From assembly GCA_937888435.1 (NCBI GenBank), contig CALAQS010000288.1, positions 1 to 52,066 on the forward strand: a DNA stretch of 52,066 nucleotides, read 5' to 3'. The notes under the pieces were generated by a model that did no database searches, had not been told where the DNA came from, and saw only the letters and a program-made list of their open reading frames with translations. Of the stretch, positions 9,713-18,500 are shown piece by piece. The stretch comes from an uncultured Acidobacteriota bacterium (GTDB lineage: Bacteria > Acidobacteriota > Thermoanaerobaculia > UBA5066). Numbering within the stretch: position 1 is the stretch's first letter; each line of letters begins with the position of its first letter. A program made the translations under genes and the position numbers.

Positions 9713-12700
9713 TCAGTATTCGCCGGCCGGGAGCATCCGGAGAATGCTGCCGTCGGACGTCTTCGCGTCGTTCAGGACGCCATACGCGAGCCATGTGTCG
9801 TCGCCCGCGACGCGCGTGATGACCGCGTAAGCCGCCGTCGTGCCGGCGGGCACGCCCGCGATGTCGAAGATGCCCGACCACTGCGTCCAGTCGCCCGGCT
9901 GCAGCGTGACGGTGATCTCTCCGCCCACGGCCTGAGAGGTGGTGGCGTCGTAAAGGCGCACGGACAGCGAGAGCGGGAGCTCCGACCCGCCACCCAAATG
10001 GACGACGGCGAGATTCGAGCGCACGGAAGCGTCGCTCGCGAGGCCCGGCACGAGCGCCGAGGCGCGTGCGCCGCCCCCCTTCGCCGCGGCAGGGTACGCG
10101 ACACCGAACGCGCCGCCCGTGGCCGTATCGGTGTTCGGCGTCGTCGTGCGCGCGAGCGCGACCGTGTTCGGCGTGTCGAGGTTGCCGAGATTCCGGAACG
10201 CCACGGAAAGCGAGCCGGCCTGAGGACCGGTCGAGGGGTCAGGGATGTTGACGCCCTTCGACCTCAGGTACGCGAGGATGTCCGGAATCGTGGCCTGCTG
10301 GTGTGCGGCGAGCGTGAAGGTGACGACCGGGACGCCCGTCGAGGACCCGAAGTTCGGCGCCGGCTGGTAGACGAGGTCCACGGGCGTCGAAAAATTGCCG
10401 TCGTTCGCGACCGTGAGCTCGGTCGTGTAGTGCGACCCGGCGGCGCCGAATACGTCGAGGACGACGGGCACGACGAGCGTGCGTCCGGCCGCGAGGCCGC
10501 CCGGCCGGTACAGCGGAAGGATCGAGCCGTCCGAGGTCCTCGCGTCGTTCACGACACCGTATGCCGTCCAGGCGCCGGTTCCGTTCGTCCGCGTGATCTT
10601 CGCGTAGCCGTAGGCCGGCTCGGCGAGGCCGGCCTGCAGGAGGACGCCGTTGAGCTGCTTCCACTCTCCGGAGGCGAGCGTGATGGGGATCGGAGCGCCC
10701 GCGGCGGCGCCGGACTGGTCGAAGACCTGGACCGAGAGCGTCACCGTCCCGGCGCCGGGGCCTGGAAGGGCGCCGCGGCCCGGAACGTACCCGACCGCGA
10801 GATTCGACCGGGACGTGCCGGAGATGCTGCGTAGCCCGTAGATCGCGCCCTCGTCCTCGGCTGCCTCGAGGTCGGACGGTGCGTCGAGGAACGTGCCGAA
10901 GCTACCGGCGGCGCTTTCCGTGTACGCGCGGGAGAACGCGTAGACGGCATCGGTCGCGGCCGCGGGAAGCGCCTGCGGGTCGGCCGCCACCCAGATCGAG
11001 CCCGCGATGCCCGAGTTGCCGGCGATTGGAAGGCCGTTATCGCGCAGGAACTGGAGAGCATCTGCCGCGCGCAACTCCGAGGAAGGAGCCAGCGGGACGG
11101 AGATAGAACCCCCGCTCGTGGTGAGCGGGAAGTCGGGCGCGGGGACGAAGCCCACCGTGACCGTCACGGGCGAGGTCGAGCGGTTTCCGAGCGTGAGGTC
11201 GGATTGGAAGTGCGCTCCGGTGGCGCCGACGAGGTCGAGAACGACGGGAAGGTATTTCGCTGAGGAAAGGGTCGACGCCAGATAAAGCCCGCTGCCTGCC
11301 GTGCCCGCGTACAGATTCGATCCGTCGTCGCTCCGCTGCACGACACGCGCGTCGGCGCCCGGCGGAAGCCCGGCATTCTCGGGTTGCCAGCCGCCGGCGA
11401 TCCGGCGGAGGACCCCCGCCGTGCCGGCGCCCGCGAATGCCATCCCGCCGCCCACGTCGAGCGACGAGACGAACGCCGTGCTCGCGCCGAAGTCGTCCTC
11501 GCGCCACGGGCCCGTCGAAGAGAAAACTCCGCCGAACACGGGCGCCGCGAAAAGCACGCTCGCGTCGCCGGCGAGGGCCTGAACGTTCGCCGGCGCGCCG
11601 GAGAGGGCCTGCCAGGTCCCCTGCGCGCGGACGAAAAAGCTCCCTCCGACGGAGGCGTAGAGGTTCCCGGCCACCTCGCGCGTCGCCTGGACCGCTCCGC
11701 TCGCGGGCAGGCCCGCGTTGTCGGACGACCACGTGCTGGCCACGAGCCGCCACATTCCCGCGCTCGACGTGCCGCCGGCGATGCTGTCGTCGGAGACCGC
11801 CGCCAGGGACGTGATGGCGACGCCGAGAGGAAGGCCCGCCTCGACGGTTGAGGGCGGAGCAGATAAGCCCGGCCCGAGCGCCCAGGCGTAAAGGTGGCAG
11901 TTCGTCGCGGCGAAAAGGCTCACCGAGTTGCCTGTGATCGCGCTCGCGTCCCCGCAGCCCTCCGGGGCGAAATTCCCTCCGGGCGGCGAGGCCACGGCGA
12001 GGCCGGCCCCGTGCGCGGCCGCGAACGTCGTGCCCGCGACGGTTTTCACGTCCGAGACGGAGGCCGCGTAGAGCCCGGTTCCCACGGCGCTCCACGAGCC
12101 GCCGGAAAAGCGGGAGACGGGGGCGCCGGCCGTGCCGACGTAGAGATCGCTTCCCAGCGTCGCGAAGCTCTTGGCCGACGCGACGAGGAGGCCCGCGTTG
12201 ACGGGCGCCCATGAGATCGCGCCGGAGAGGACTCCCGCATCGGCGGTGGCGGCGAACACCGTGCCGTTCGAGCCCGCGACGGCACGCACGTCGTGCGCCC
12301 CGAAGCCGGACACGGCGTTCCACGCTCCCGCGTAGGAATAGAGAGTCTGGCCGGTGCCCGCGTACAGCTTGCCGTTCGCGTCGAGACCGAGCGCCTGAAC
12401 GGTGGAGGTGGCGGGAATTCCCGTCGAGATCGGAGTGACGGCCGCGCCGGCATACTGCGCCGCGCCGCCGTGCAGGCCGACCACGATATCGCCGGACACG
12501 GTCGAGAAGAACGCGGCCGTCACGAGTCCGCCCGGATTCGCGAGCAAAGTCCAGGCCCCCGAGGAGCGCTTCGCGACGCCGACGCCCGCGGCCCACACGG
12601 CGGTGCCGTCCGTCGCGAGCAGCGAGGGAAAAACGAGCCCCGAGGGGAGAGGTTCGGTGCTCCACGTTCCGTCGGCGCCACGGCGCCACACGTTCTCTCC

Positions 12701-12985
12701 GTCGGCGGCGTAAACGGTATCGGCGACGGCGACCGAGGAGATCTTCTGCGCCGAGAGCCCGTCGAGACTCCACGTGCCGGTGGCGTCCAGACGCCAGACG
12801 CCGCGCGGCGTGGCTGCCCAGAGGGTTGCGCCGCTTCCGGCGAGCGCGGCCGCGTCGGCCCCGGGGAGCGTATTCACGGGGACGAAGACGAGGCCCGCGC
12901 TCATCGGCGCCGCCAGAAGAACCGTGAGCAACTCCACCATCATGACGCGGGCGGGCAAACCTCGGACCTCGAAAAGTCGTCTCAT
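9713..12985 (-). CDS. Secreted 1090-aa protein: BNR/Asp-box-like beta-propeller region plus two tandem copies of an uncharacterised ~258-aa module
   Basis: ORF 9713..13141 trimmed to ATG 12985, which has GAGG 8 nt upstream. Codons upstream of it are atypical for this genome. N-terminus MRRLFEVRGLPARVMMVELLTVLLAAPMSAG is signal-like. Degenerate repeats of the GADGTWST / SSGAWTLL / SGGSWSAVG / AQGTWQAL type fill about 600 aa. The C-terminal half is an internal duplication. Confidence 0.6.
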   Translation of the reverse strand: MRRLFEVRGLPARVMMVELLTVLLAAPMSAGLVFVPVNTLPGADAAALAGSGATLWAATPRGVWRLDATGTWSLDGLSAQKISSVAVADTVYAADGENVWRRGADGTWSTEPLPSGLVFPSLLATDGTAVWAAGVGVAKRSSGAWTLLANPGGLVTAAFFSTVSGDIVVGLHGGAAQYAGAAVTPISTGIPATSTVQALGLDANGKLYAGTGQTLYSYAGAWNAVSGFGAHDVRAVAGSNGTVFAATADAGVLSGAISWAPVNAGLLVASAKSFATLGSDLYVGTAGAPVSRFSGGSWSAVGTGLYAASVSDVKTVAGTTFAAAHGAGLAVASPPGGNFAPEGCGDASAITGNSVSLFAATNCHLYAWALGPGLSAPPSTVEAGLPLGVAITSLAAVSDDSIAGGTSSAGMWRLVASTWSSDNAGLPASGAVQATREVAGNLYASVGGSFFVRAQGTWQALSGAPANVQALAGDASVLFAAPVFGGVFSSTGPWREDDFGASTAFVSSLDVGGGMAFAGAGTAGVLRRIAGGWQPENAGLPPGADARVVQRSDDGSNLYAGTAGSGLYLASTLSSAKYLPVVLDLVGATGAHFQSDLTLGNRSTSPVTVTVGFVPAPDFPLTTSGGSISVPLAPSSELRAADALQFLRDNGLPIAGNSGIAGSIWVAADPQALPAAATDAVYAFSRAYTESAAGSFGTFLDAPSDLEAAEDEGAIYGLRSISGTSRSNLAVGYVPGRGALPGPGAGTVTLSVQVFDQSGAAAGAPIPITLASGEWKQLNGVLLQAGLAEPAYGYAKITRTNGTGAWTAYGVVNDARTSDGSILPLYRPGGLAAGRTLVVPVVLDVFGAAGSHYTTELTVANDGNFSTPVDLVYQPAPNFGSSTGVPVVTFTLAAHQQATIPDILAYLRSKGVNIPDPSTGPQAGSLSVAFRNLGNLDTPNTVALARTTTPNTDTATGGAFGVAYPAAAKGGGARASALVPGLASDASVRSNLAVVHLGGGSELPLSLSVRLYDATTSQAVGGEITVTLQPGDWTQWSGIFDIAGVPAGTTAAYAVITRVAGDDTWLAYGVLNDAKTSDGSILRMLPAGEY
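9716..11263 (-). repeat. Intragenic tandem duplication: two ~258-aa modules (10487..11263 and 9716..10486)
   Basis: Colinear motif pairs: YLPVVLDLVGATGAHFQSDLTLGN / VVPVVLDVFGAAGSHYTTELTVAN; PAPDF / PAPNF; LQFLRDNGLPI / LAYLRSKGVNI; SRSNLAV / VRSNLAV; GAWTAYGVVNDARTSDGSILP / DTWLAYGVLNDAKTSDGSILR. Confidence 0.8.
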
Positions 12986-13159
12986 GTGGCGTGCCTCGGG
13001 CGCTGAAAGCGCCTTTTTGCAGTGTACATGGCACGGCTCGTGCGAACTCCATGCCGGGAGACCGGTTTCCAGAAGGAGACGATCAGCGACAGCTGGTACT
13101 GGGCTGAAGGGCGCTGGAAGTAATCTTCGACATTCAGTCACGTCGATGAACAGCTCGTC

Positions 13160-14179
13160 CTAGCTCTTCCCGACGAAGCGCCTCGCGGCGGCCCGGACGC
13201 GTGCCTCGAGGGCACGCGTCCTAGGGAGGACGCGGGGGACGTGCAGCGCGCCGCGGGTCAGCCCCTCGCGTGCCGCGAGGCGGGTGAGCACGCGGTCGGA
13301 CCTTTCGAAGGATGCGACGAGGTGTTGGAGCGCCTTCCGGTCGCGGATCGCCGCGAGAGCCGTGCGGAGCTCCTCGGGAGTCGCGCTTCCCGAGAGGTGC
13401 GCGTCGCCGTCCGGAGCCGCGAAGGGCGTCGGCCCGTTCGCCGCGGCATACGGCGTGCCGAAGACGGCGCGGAACAGCGCGCCGAGGAGGAGGTTCTCGT
13501 ACGCGCCCGCCGCGAGGTCCGATTTTTCGGCGAGGAGCGTCTCGAAGCGCGGGCCCAGGACTCCGCCGAACGTCTCGCGCGCGATCCGGATCGCGGTCGC
13601 GGCGCTGAAATCCGCGAGGCGCGGGGCCGCCGCGGGAGGCACGTCGACGATTTTCTTGCCGCGCGCGCGCAGGGCGATGGCGGCGCGCTCGCCCGGCCGG
13701 CGGTAGATGGCGTGCGGCCATCTCTCGAGCACCTCGAAGGACGGCGCAAAGACGGGCGCCTTCAGCGTGCGATACACCTCGCGCCGCGCGAGGAGCGCGA
13801 GAACGTCGGGCGGCCCGGTGCGGGGGAGCAGCGAGACCGCCGCCACCGTCGGATCCTCGAAGTAGCCGAGAAGCGACGCGACCCACTCGCCGTCGAGCAC
13901 GAAGACGCCCGGGTCGAGGAGGAAAAGGACGTCTCCTTGCCGCTCGAGCGCCGCCTCGTAGAACTCGACGGCATCGAGAGCCTCGAAGGAGGGGGCGAGG
14001 AGTGTCGCGCCGGGAAAGGTCCTCGGCTCGAAGCCCTCGGGCGTCGTGTCGCGGAAGAGAAGGACCTCCACGTCGGCACCGGCGCTTCTGAAGGCGGGCA
14101 GGAGATCCCGCGCCACGGACCGGAACCAAAGGCGCGCGAGGTCGGGGTACCGGTGTGCTGCAGCGAGGACGACCTTCAA
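13160..14179 (-). CDS. Hypothetical protein (339 aa), no family recognised
   Basis: ORF 13160..14353. Its first ~58 codons are Arg-rich and overlap the upstream mini-gene out of frame. I prefer the TTG at 14179, which overlaps the upstream TGA (TTGA). GC3 bias is normal. The N-terminal segment KVVLAAAHRYPDLARLWF...FLLDPGVFVL might be a nucleotide-sugar-transferase-like alpha/beta fold, but this is unsupported by any clear motif. Confidence 0.5.
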   Translation of the reverse strand: MKVVLAAAHRYPDLARLWFRSVARDLLPAFRSAGADVEVLLFRDTTPEGFEPRTFPGATLLAPSFEALDAVEFYEAALERQGDVLFLLDPGVFVLDGEWVASLLGYFEDPTVAAVSLLPRTGPPDVLALLARREVYRTLKAPVFAPSFEVLERWPHAIYRRPGERAAIALRARGKKIVDVPPAAAPRLADFSAATAIRIARETFGGVLGPRFETLLAEKSDLAAGAYENLLLGALFRAVFGTPYAAANGPTPFAAPDGDAHLSGSATPEELRTALAAIRDRKALQHLVASFERSDRVLTRLAAREGLTRGALHVPRVLPRTRALEARVRAAARRFVGKS

Positions 14180-14457
14180 GGGTGCACGGTGCGGGGATGG
14201 TACTTTCCGTCGGGGCCGAAGCCGCGCTCCCACGCCCCCCCTTTCCACGTACCACCCAGCCACACGCCGCCCCAGAACACGCCGCCGAGGAACGTGCCGG
14301 ACCGGAAGAGCCCGCCCGCCATGACGCCCGACTCGAAGACGCCCCCGTCCCACGTACAGTCGAGGAGGACGGCGCCGCGGTTCACCGTGGCGCGGCCGAA
14401 GCTCTCGTTCTGGTGAAGCTCGCCTTCGCCGAGGACGAGAACGGGCACGTCGGCCAT
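14176..14457 (-). CDS. 93-aa Trp/Phe-Gly pentapeptide-repeat mini-protein
   Basis: ORF 14176..14760 trimmed to ATG 14457. GC3 is strongly biased, as in real genes. Nine consecutive 5-residue units: WDGGV FESGV MAGGL FRSGT FLGGV FWGGV WLGGT WKGGA WERGF. Confidence 0.6.
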   Translation of the reverse strand: MADVPVLVLGEGELHQNESFGRATVNRGAVLLDCTWDGGVFESGVMAGGLFRSGTFLGGVFWGGVWLGGTWKGGAWERGFGPDGKYHPRTVHP

Positions 14458-14533
14458 GTCACGCGATGATACGGCGAAGGTCCGGCACGAGACGGAACGT
14501 CGCGCCTCGCGTCTCGCACCTTCAGGCGCAGCC

Positions 14534-15220
14534 TCATTTCGAGAAACGCAGCGCGAGGAGCAGTGGCAGGCCCTGGTCCGCCGTGTACCGATCCAGCTTC
14601 TTCGCGTGCTCGTAGAAAGGCCGCACTTCCATGCCGACGCCGAGCGAGCCCGCGGCGTCGAAGGTGAGCCCCGCCGCGCGCGCGGCGGCCTCGTGGGCGT
14701 CCGCGTCGTGCACGACGTGGTCGACGACGTGCGTGGCTCCGGAGGCGTCGCGAAACGCACGCGCGTGCCCGCGCCGGATGGCGTCCGGGTGGAAGTCGGT
14801 CACGACGGCGTATCCGCCCTTGCGAAGGACTCGCCCGAACTCGCGGTACAGCGGCGCGATCTTCAGCAGGTGCCCGGCCGCGAGCCGGCACCACACGACG
14901 TCGAAGCGCTCGGCGCCGAAGGGCAGCGCCCGGAGGTCGCCGCTCGCGGTCGTGCGCGGCCGCGCCGGGTCGCGGTGGCCGGCCGCCAGCATCTCGAAGA
15001 CGAGGTCCACCCCGCAGGCGCTCTTCGGCGCGTGCCCCTTCGGGAAGACGAGCCGGCGCGCGGTGCCGCAGGCCGCGTCGAGGAGACTCTTCCCCACGAT
15101 GTCGTGCGAGAAAAACCGGACGGCGAGCGAGTCCATGGTCGTGAGCGGGTTTTCCACGTCGTACGTCGCCGCCCACAACCGGTACGCGGGACCCGTCCCG
15201 AGGGGCGGCTCGGCGCTCAC
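14534..15220 (-). CDS. Class I SAM-dependent methyltransferase
   Basis: ORF 14534..15553. Motif I LLDAACGTARRL, then FDVVWCRLAAGHL and LRKGGYAVVTDFHP. I prefer the GTG at 15220, which has GAGG 8 nt upstream and gives 228 aa. ATG 15328 is an alternative start. Confidence 0.7.
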   Translation of the reverse strand: MSAEPPLGTGPAYRLWAATYDVENPLTTMDSLAVRFFSHDIVGKSLLDAACGTARRLVFPKGHAPKSACGVDLVFEMLAAGHRDPARPRTTASGDLRALPFGAERFDVVWCRLAAGHLLKIAPLYREFGRVLRKGGYAVVTDFHPDAIRRGHARAFRDASGATHVVDHVVHDADAHEAAARAAGLTFDAAGSLGVGMEVRPFYEHAKKLDRYTADQGLPLLLALRFSK

Positions 15221-15573
15221 GCGGGCGGCCTCAGGTGTCCATAAGCTTGTGAGTCCGAAAGCACGAGCCCTCCCTTGAGCCGTCGCGCGAAGTTTTCCAC
15301 ACGTTGCGTGAGTATTTCTCAACAACATCGCGGCGGACGAGCACCGCGTGCAGCTTGCCACGGCGGCGCCCGCGGTCGCAGGAATCCAGCTCAGGGCGGG
15401 CGCGGGCCGTTCCGCCGAGAAGGCGTAACCTTTCGGGATTCCATGCGTCATACGAGGATGCTTTCGGCCCCCGGCTGCGCGCGGGCCTCTTCGGGCTCCG
15501 GCCTGGCCCTGGAGTTGCTCGGAAGAATAAGGAACGGTCCGGCCCTCGGTCAATTAGGCGTGGAGGTTTTCCG

Positions 15574-18500
15574 ATGAGACACCTTCGAGATAGTCGTTCC
15601 GGAGCTCGCGGGATGGCCCGCGGCCTCTCGCTGCTCTTGCTTCTCGCGCTCGCTCTTTCGACCGGCGCCGCGCGTGCCGGCGAGATTCGCGGGCGGCTCC
15701 TCGTCAGCGACCGCGCCGACAAGCCCGTGGGTGGCCTCATGGTCAGCGCGGTGCCGTGGGAGACGCCGGGCGACGAAGCGCGCCGCGCCATGAAAGGGGG
15801 CGAGGCCCCGAAGCCGATCGCCTCGGCCGTCACCGGAGCCGACGGCTCGTTCGTTCTGGCCGTTCCCTCCGAACCCGGAAGGGAGAGGTCGTTCCGCGTG
15901 CGGGTGGAGGGCGCGGGTGTCGTCCCCGTGCTCTTCGAGGACGTCTACGACGCGGCCGAGACCGAGGACCTCGGCGAGCACACGCTGCCGCATGGCGAGA
16001 AGGTCACGGGCGTCGCGGTGGACGCGTCCGGCAAGCCGCTCCCGGGAGCGGAAGTCTCCCTCGAGGCCGGCGTCGCCGACGGCGACGACCTCGCGTATCG
16101 CGTCGTGACGCGCTCTGCCGTCACGGGCGAGGACGGCAAGTTCCAGTTCGAAGAGGCGAGCGCCACGGGGAACCGCATCACGATCGAGAAGGCGAATCTC
16201 GCGCCGACGCTCCAGACGAGCCTCAAAGCCGGCACGATTCCGAGGCCGATCGCGGTCGTCGCGGGCGACCTGGTCACCGGCACCGTAGTCGACGCCGGGA
16301 AGCATCCCGTTGCCTCGGCGCTCGTGCGCCTCGAAAGCCTCAAGGCAACGACCCGCTGGGTGGAGACGGACACGGAGGGCCGGTTCACGATCCCGCACGC
16401 TCCCGACGGGCGCGGCTCGATCGTCGTCGACGCCGGCGACGCCGGCTGGGGCCGCAAGCCCGACGTCAAGCTGCCGCTCGGCGAGGGCAAGGCGCTCGCG
16501 ATCACTCTCGCGCGCCCCGCGTCGCTCGAGGGCAAAGTGCTGGACGACAAGACGGGGCACGCCGTGCCGCGCGCCAAAGTCTTCCTCAAGGCGAACGGCT
16601 TCGTGCGCCTCGTGCGCACGGGCCCCGACGGGACGTACCACCTGAAGGGAGTACCCACGCAGAAGTACCGCCTCACGGTCGACGAGGCGCGATACGTGCC
16701 GTGGGTGAAGCCGGATCTCGCGCTCGCGCCCGGCGAGGCGAAGCATCTCGACATCGCCGTGACGCTGGGAGCGACGATGATCGGCAAGGTCGTCGACGAG
16801 AACGGCGCTCCAGTCCCCGCGGCCCGGGGATCGCTCATTCGCGGGGGCGAGAGCGCGCTCGCGGGGATTCGCCGGATGCTGCGCGTTGGCGGCGGCGAGA
16901 CGACTGCGTTTCGGACGCATGCCGACGGCACATTCAAAGCGACGCGCCTCGCTCCCGGCGAGAACCAGCGCCTCTTCGTGAGCCACGCCGATTTCGAGCG
17001 CGCGACGCTGGCCGGCCTGTCGCTCCCGTCGGGCGGAACGAAACCCAACGTGGCGATCGTGATGCACCGCGGCGCGACGATCTCGGGCGTCGTCAGGGAC
17101 ACCAACAACCTGCCGATCCAGGACGTCGAGGTCGAGGTCGATCCGTCCGTCAACTTCCGCGCGGGCGCGGGCGGCATGGTCGCGAATTTCGCGCGCCTGG
17201 GAGGCGCGAGCACGCGCCCGAGGACGAAGACCGCCGCCGACGGCACGTTCCTGATCAAGGGCATGTCCGTGGGCGAGTACGCGCTCCAGATCCGGAAGCC
17301 GGGATTCGCGAACGAACGCGTCGACCCCGTGAAGGTGACCGAGAAGGGCGTGGACCCGATCGCGGTGACCCTCGGGCCCGGCGCGAGCCTCTCGGGAATC
17401 GTGCGCCGCAAGAACGGCGACGGCGCCGAGGGCTTCATAGTGCGCGTCGGCGGGGGTGGAGGTCGCGGAGCGGGAGGCGGCATCCTCGGCGGTTTGGGCA
17501 CCGATCTCGCGACCGCCTCCGACGGCCTCTTCGTGATCGACGGGCTGAAGCCCGGCCAGGCCTACGACCTCTCGGTCTTCGGCGGCGCGGGCCTCGGGCC
17601 GCAGAAGCGCGGTGTCGTGGCGCCGGCCACGAACGTCGAGATGGTGGTCGCGGGCACCGGCCGTATCGCAGGCACCGCGCTCGACGCGCGCTCAGGCCAG
17701 CCCCTCAAGAACTTCTCGGTCTCGTTCGAGCCCGATCGTGGCGGCGGCGCCATCATCCGCATCGTGGCGCGCGGCGCGGGCGCGCAGACGGGCATCGGCC
17801 AGAAGCGCGATTTCGACACCGACGACGGCTCCTTCACGCTCGAAGACGTGCCGGCCGGGACGTGGACGGTGGTCGTCGAGGCGAAGGGCTACCAGCCGGC
17901 CCGCGTCGCGAACCTCCTCGTGGAGGAGAACGGCGTGAAGGACGGCGTCGAGGTGCGGGCCACGCCCGGCATGGTCCTCAAGGGACACGTCACGGACGCG
18001 CGCTCGGGGCGTCCCGTGGCGAACGCGAACATCACGTACCAGGCGACCGACAGCGGTGGCGGGCCGGGAGGAGGTTTCGGCGGTCGCGGGGGCGCGATCT
18101 CGGGGCTCGACCCCTCCCAGGACATCACGAGCGACGCCGACGGCCATTTCGAGATCGAGGGCATCCCCACGGGGAAGGTAAAGGTCACCGCGAAGAACCC
18201 CGATTACACGGACGGCAGCGAAGTGGCCGACGTGAAGGACACGGGTGGCACCGTCGAGATCAAGCTCACGGGGGGCGGCTCGGCGAGCGGCATCGTCGCG
18301 CTCGGCAGCCAGCCGCTTCCGAACGCACAGGTCGCTCTCGCGGGCGCGGGGGACGCGGGCTTCGGGCGCATCCTCGGCGGCAGCCAGACGACGACCTCGG
18401 ACGGCCAGGGACACTTCGAGTTCGACCACCTCGGGGCCGGCCGCTACACCGTCTCGGCGGGACTGAACGGCCAGTCGAGCAACCTCACCGACTTCGTCCT

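Noticed and set aside
12999-13018. Hairpin GGCGCT-GAA-AGCGCC followed by TTTTT on the plus strand
   Set aside because: It looks like an intrinsic terminator, but it is oriented for plus-strand transcription in a region where both flanking genes are on the minus strand. The stem is only 6 bp with a 3-nt loop. On the coding (minus) strand it precedes the RBS of the giant propeller gene. I could not support a function for it.
14180-14353. Long form of the 13160..14353 ORF (397 aa)
   Set aside because: Its first ~58 codons are Arg-rich. They overlap the pentapeptide mini-gene, whose own frame shows strict 5-residue periodicity and proper GC3 bias. The TTG at 14179, which overlaps the upstream TGA, is the better start. 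GTG alternatives at about 14239 and 14260 cannot be excluded.
15304-15573. 5' extensions of several ORF-track entries: 15304 for the repeat protein, 45719 for murG, 48977 for ftsA, 50619 for ftsZ, 33418 for the PPIase, 28364..29521 for the cytochrome b, and 1469 for the membrane protein
   Set aside because: In each case an internal ATG, GTG or TTG with a Shine-Dalgarno motif or a stop/start overlap gives the expected family N-terminus. The extension overlaps the upstream gene or has atypical composition.
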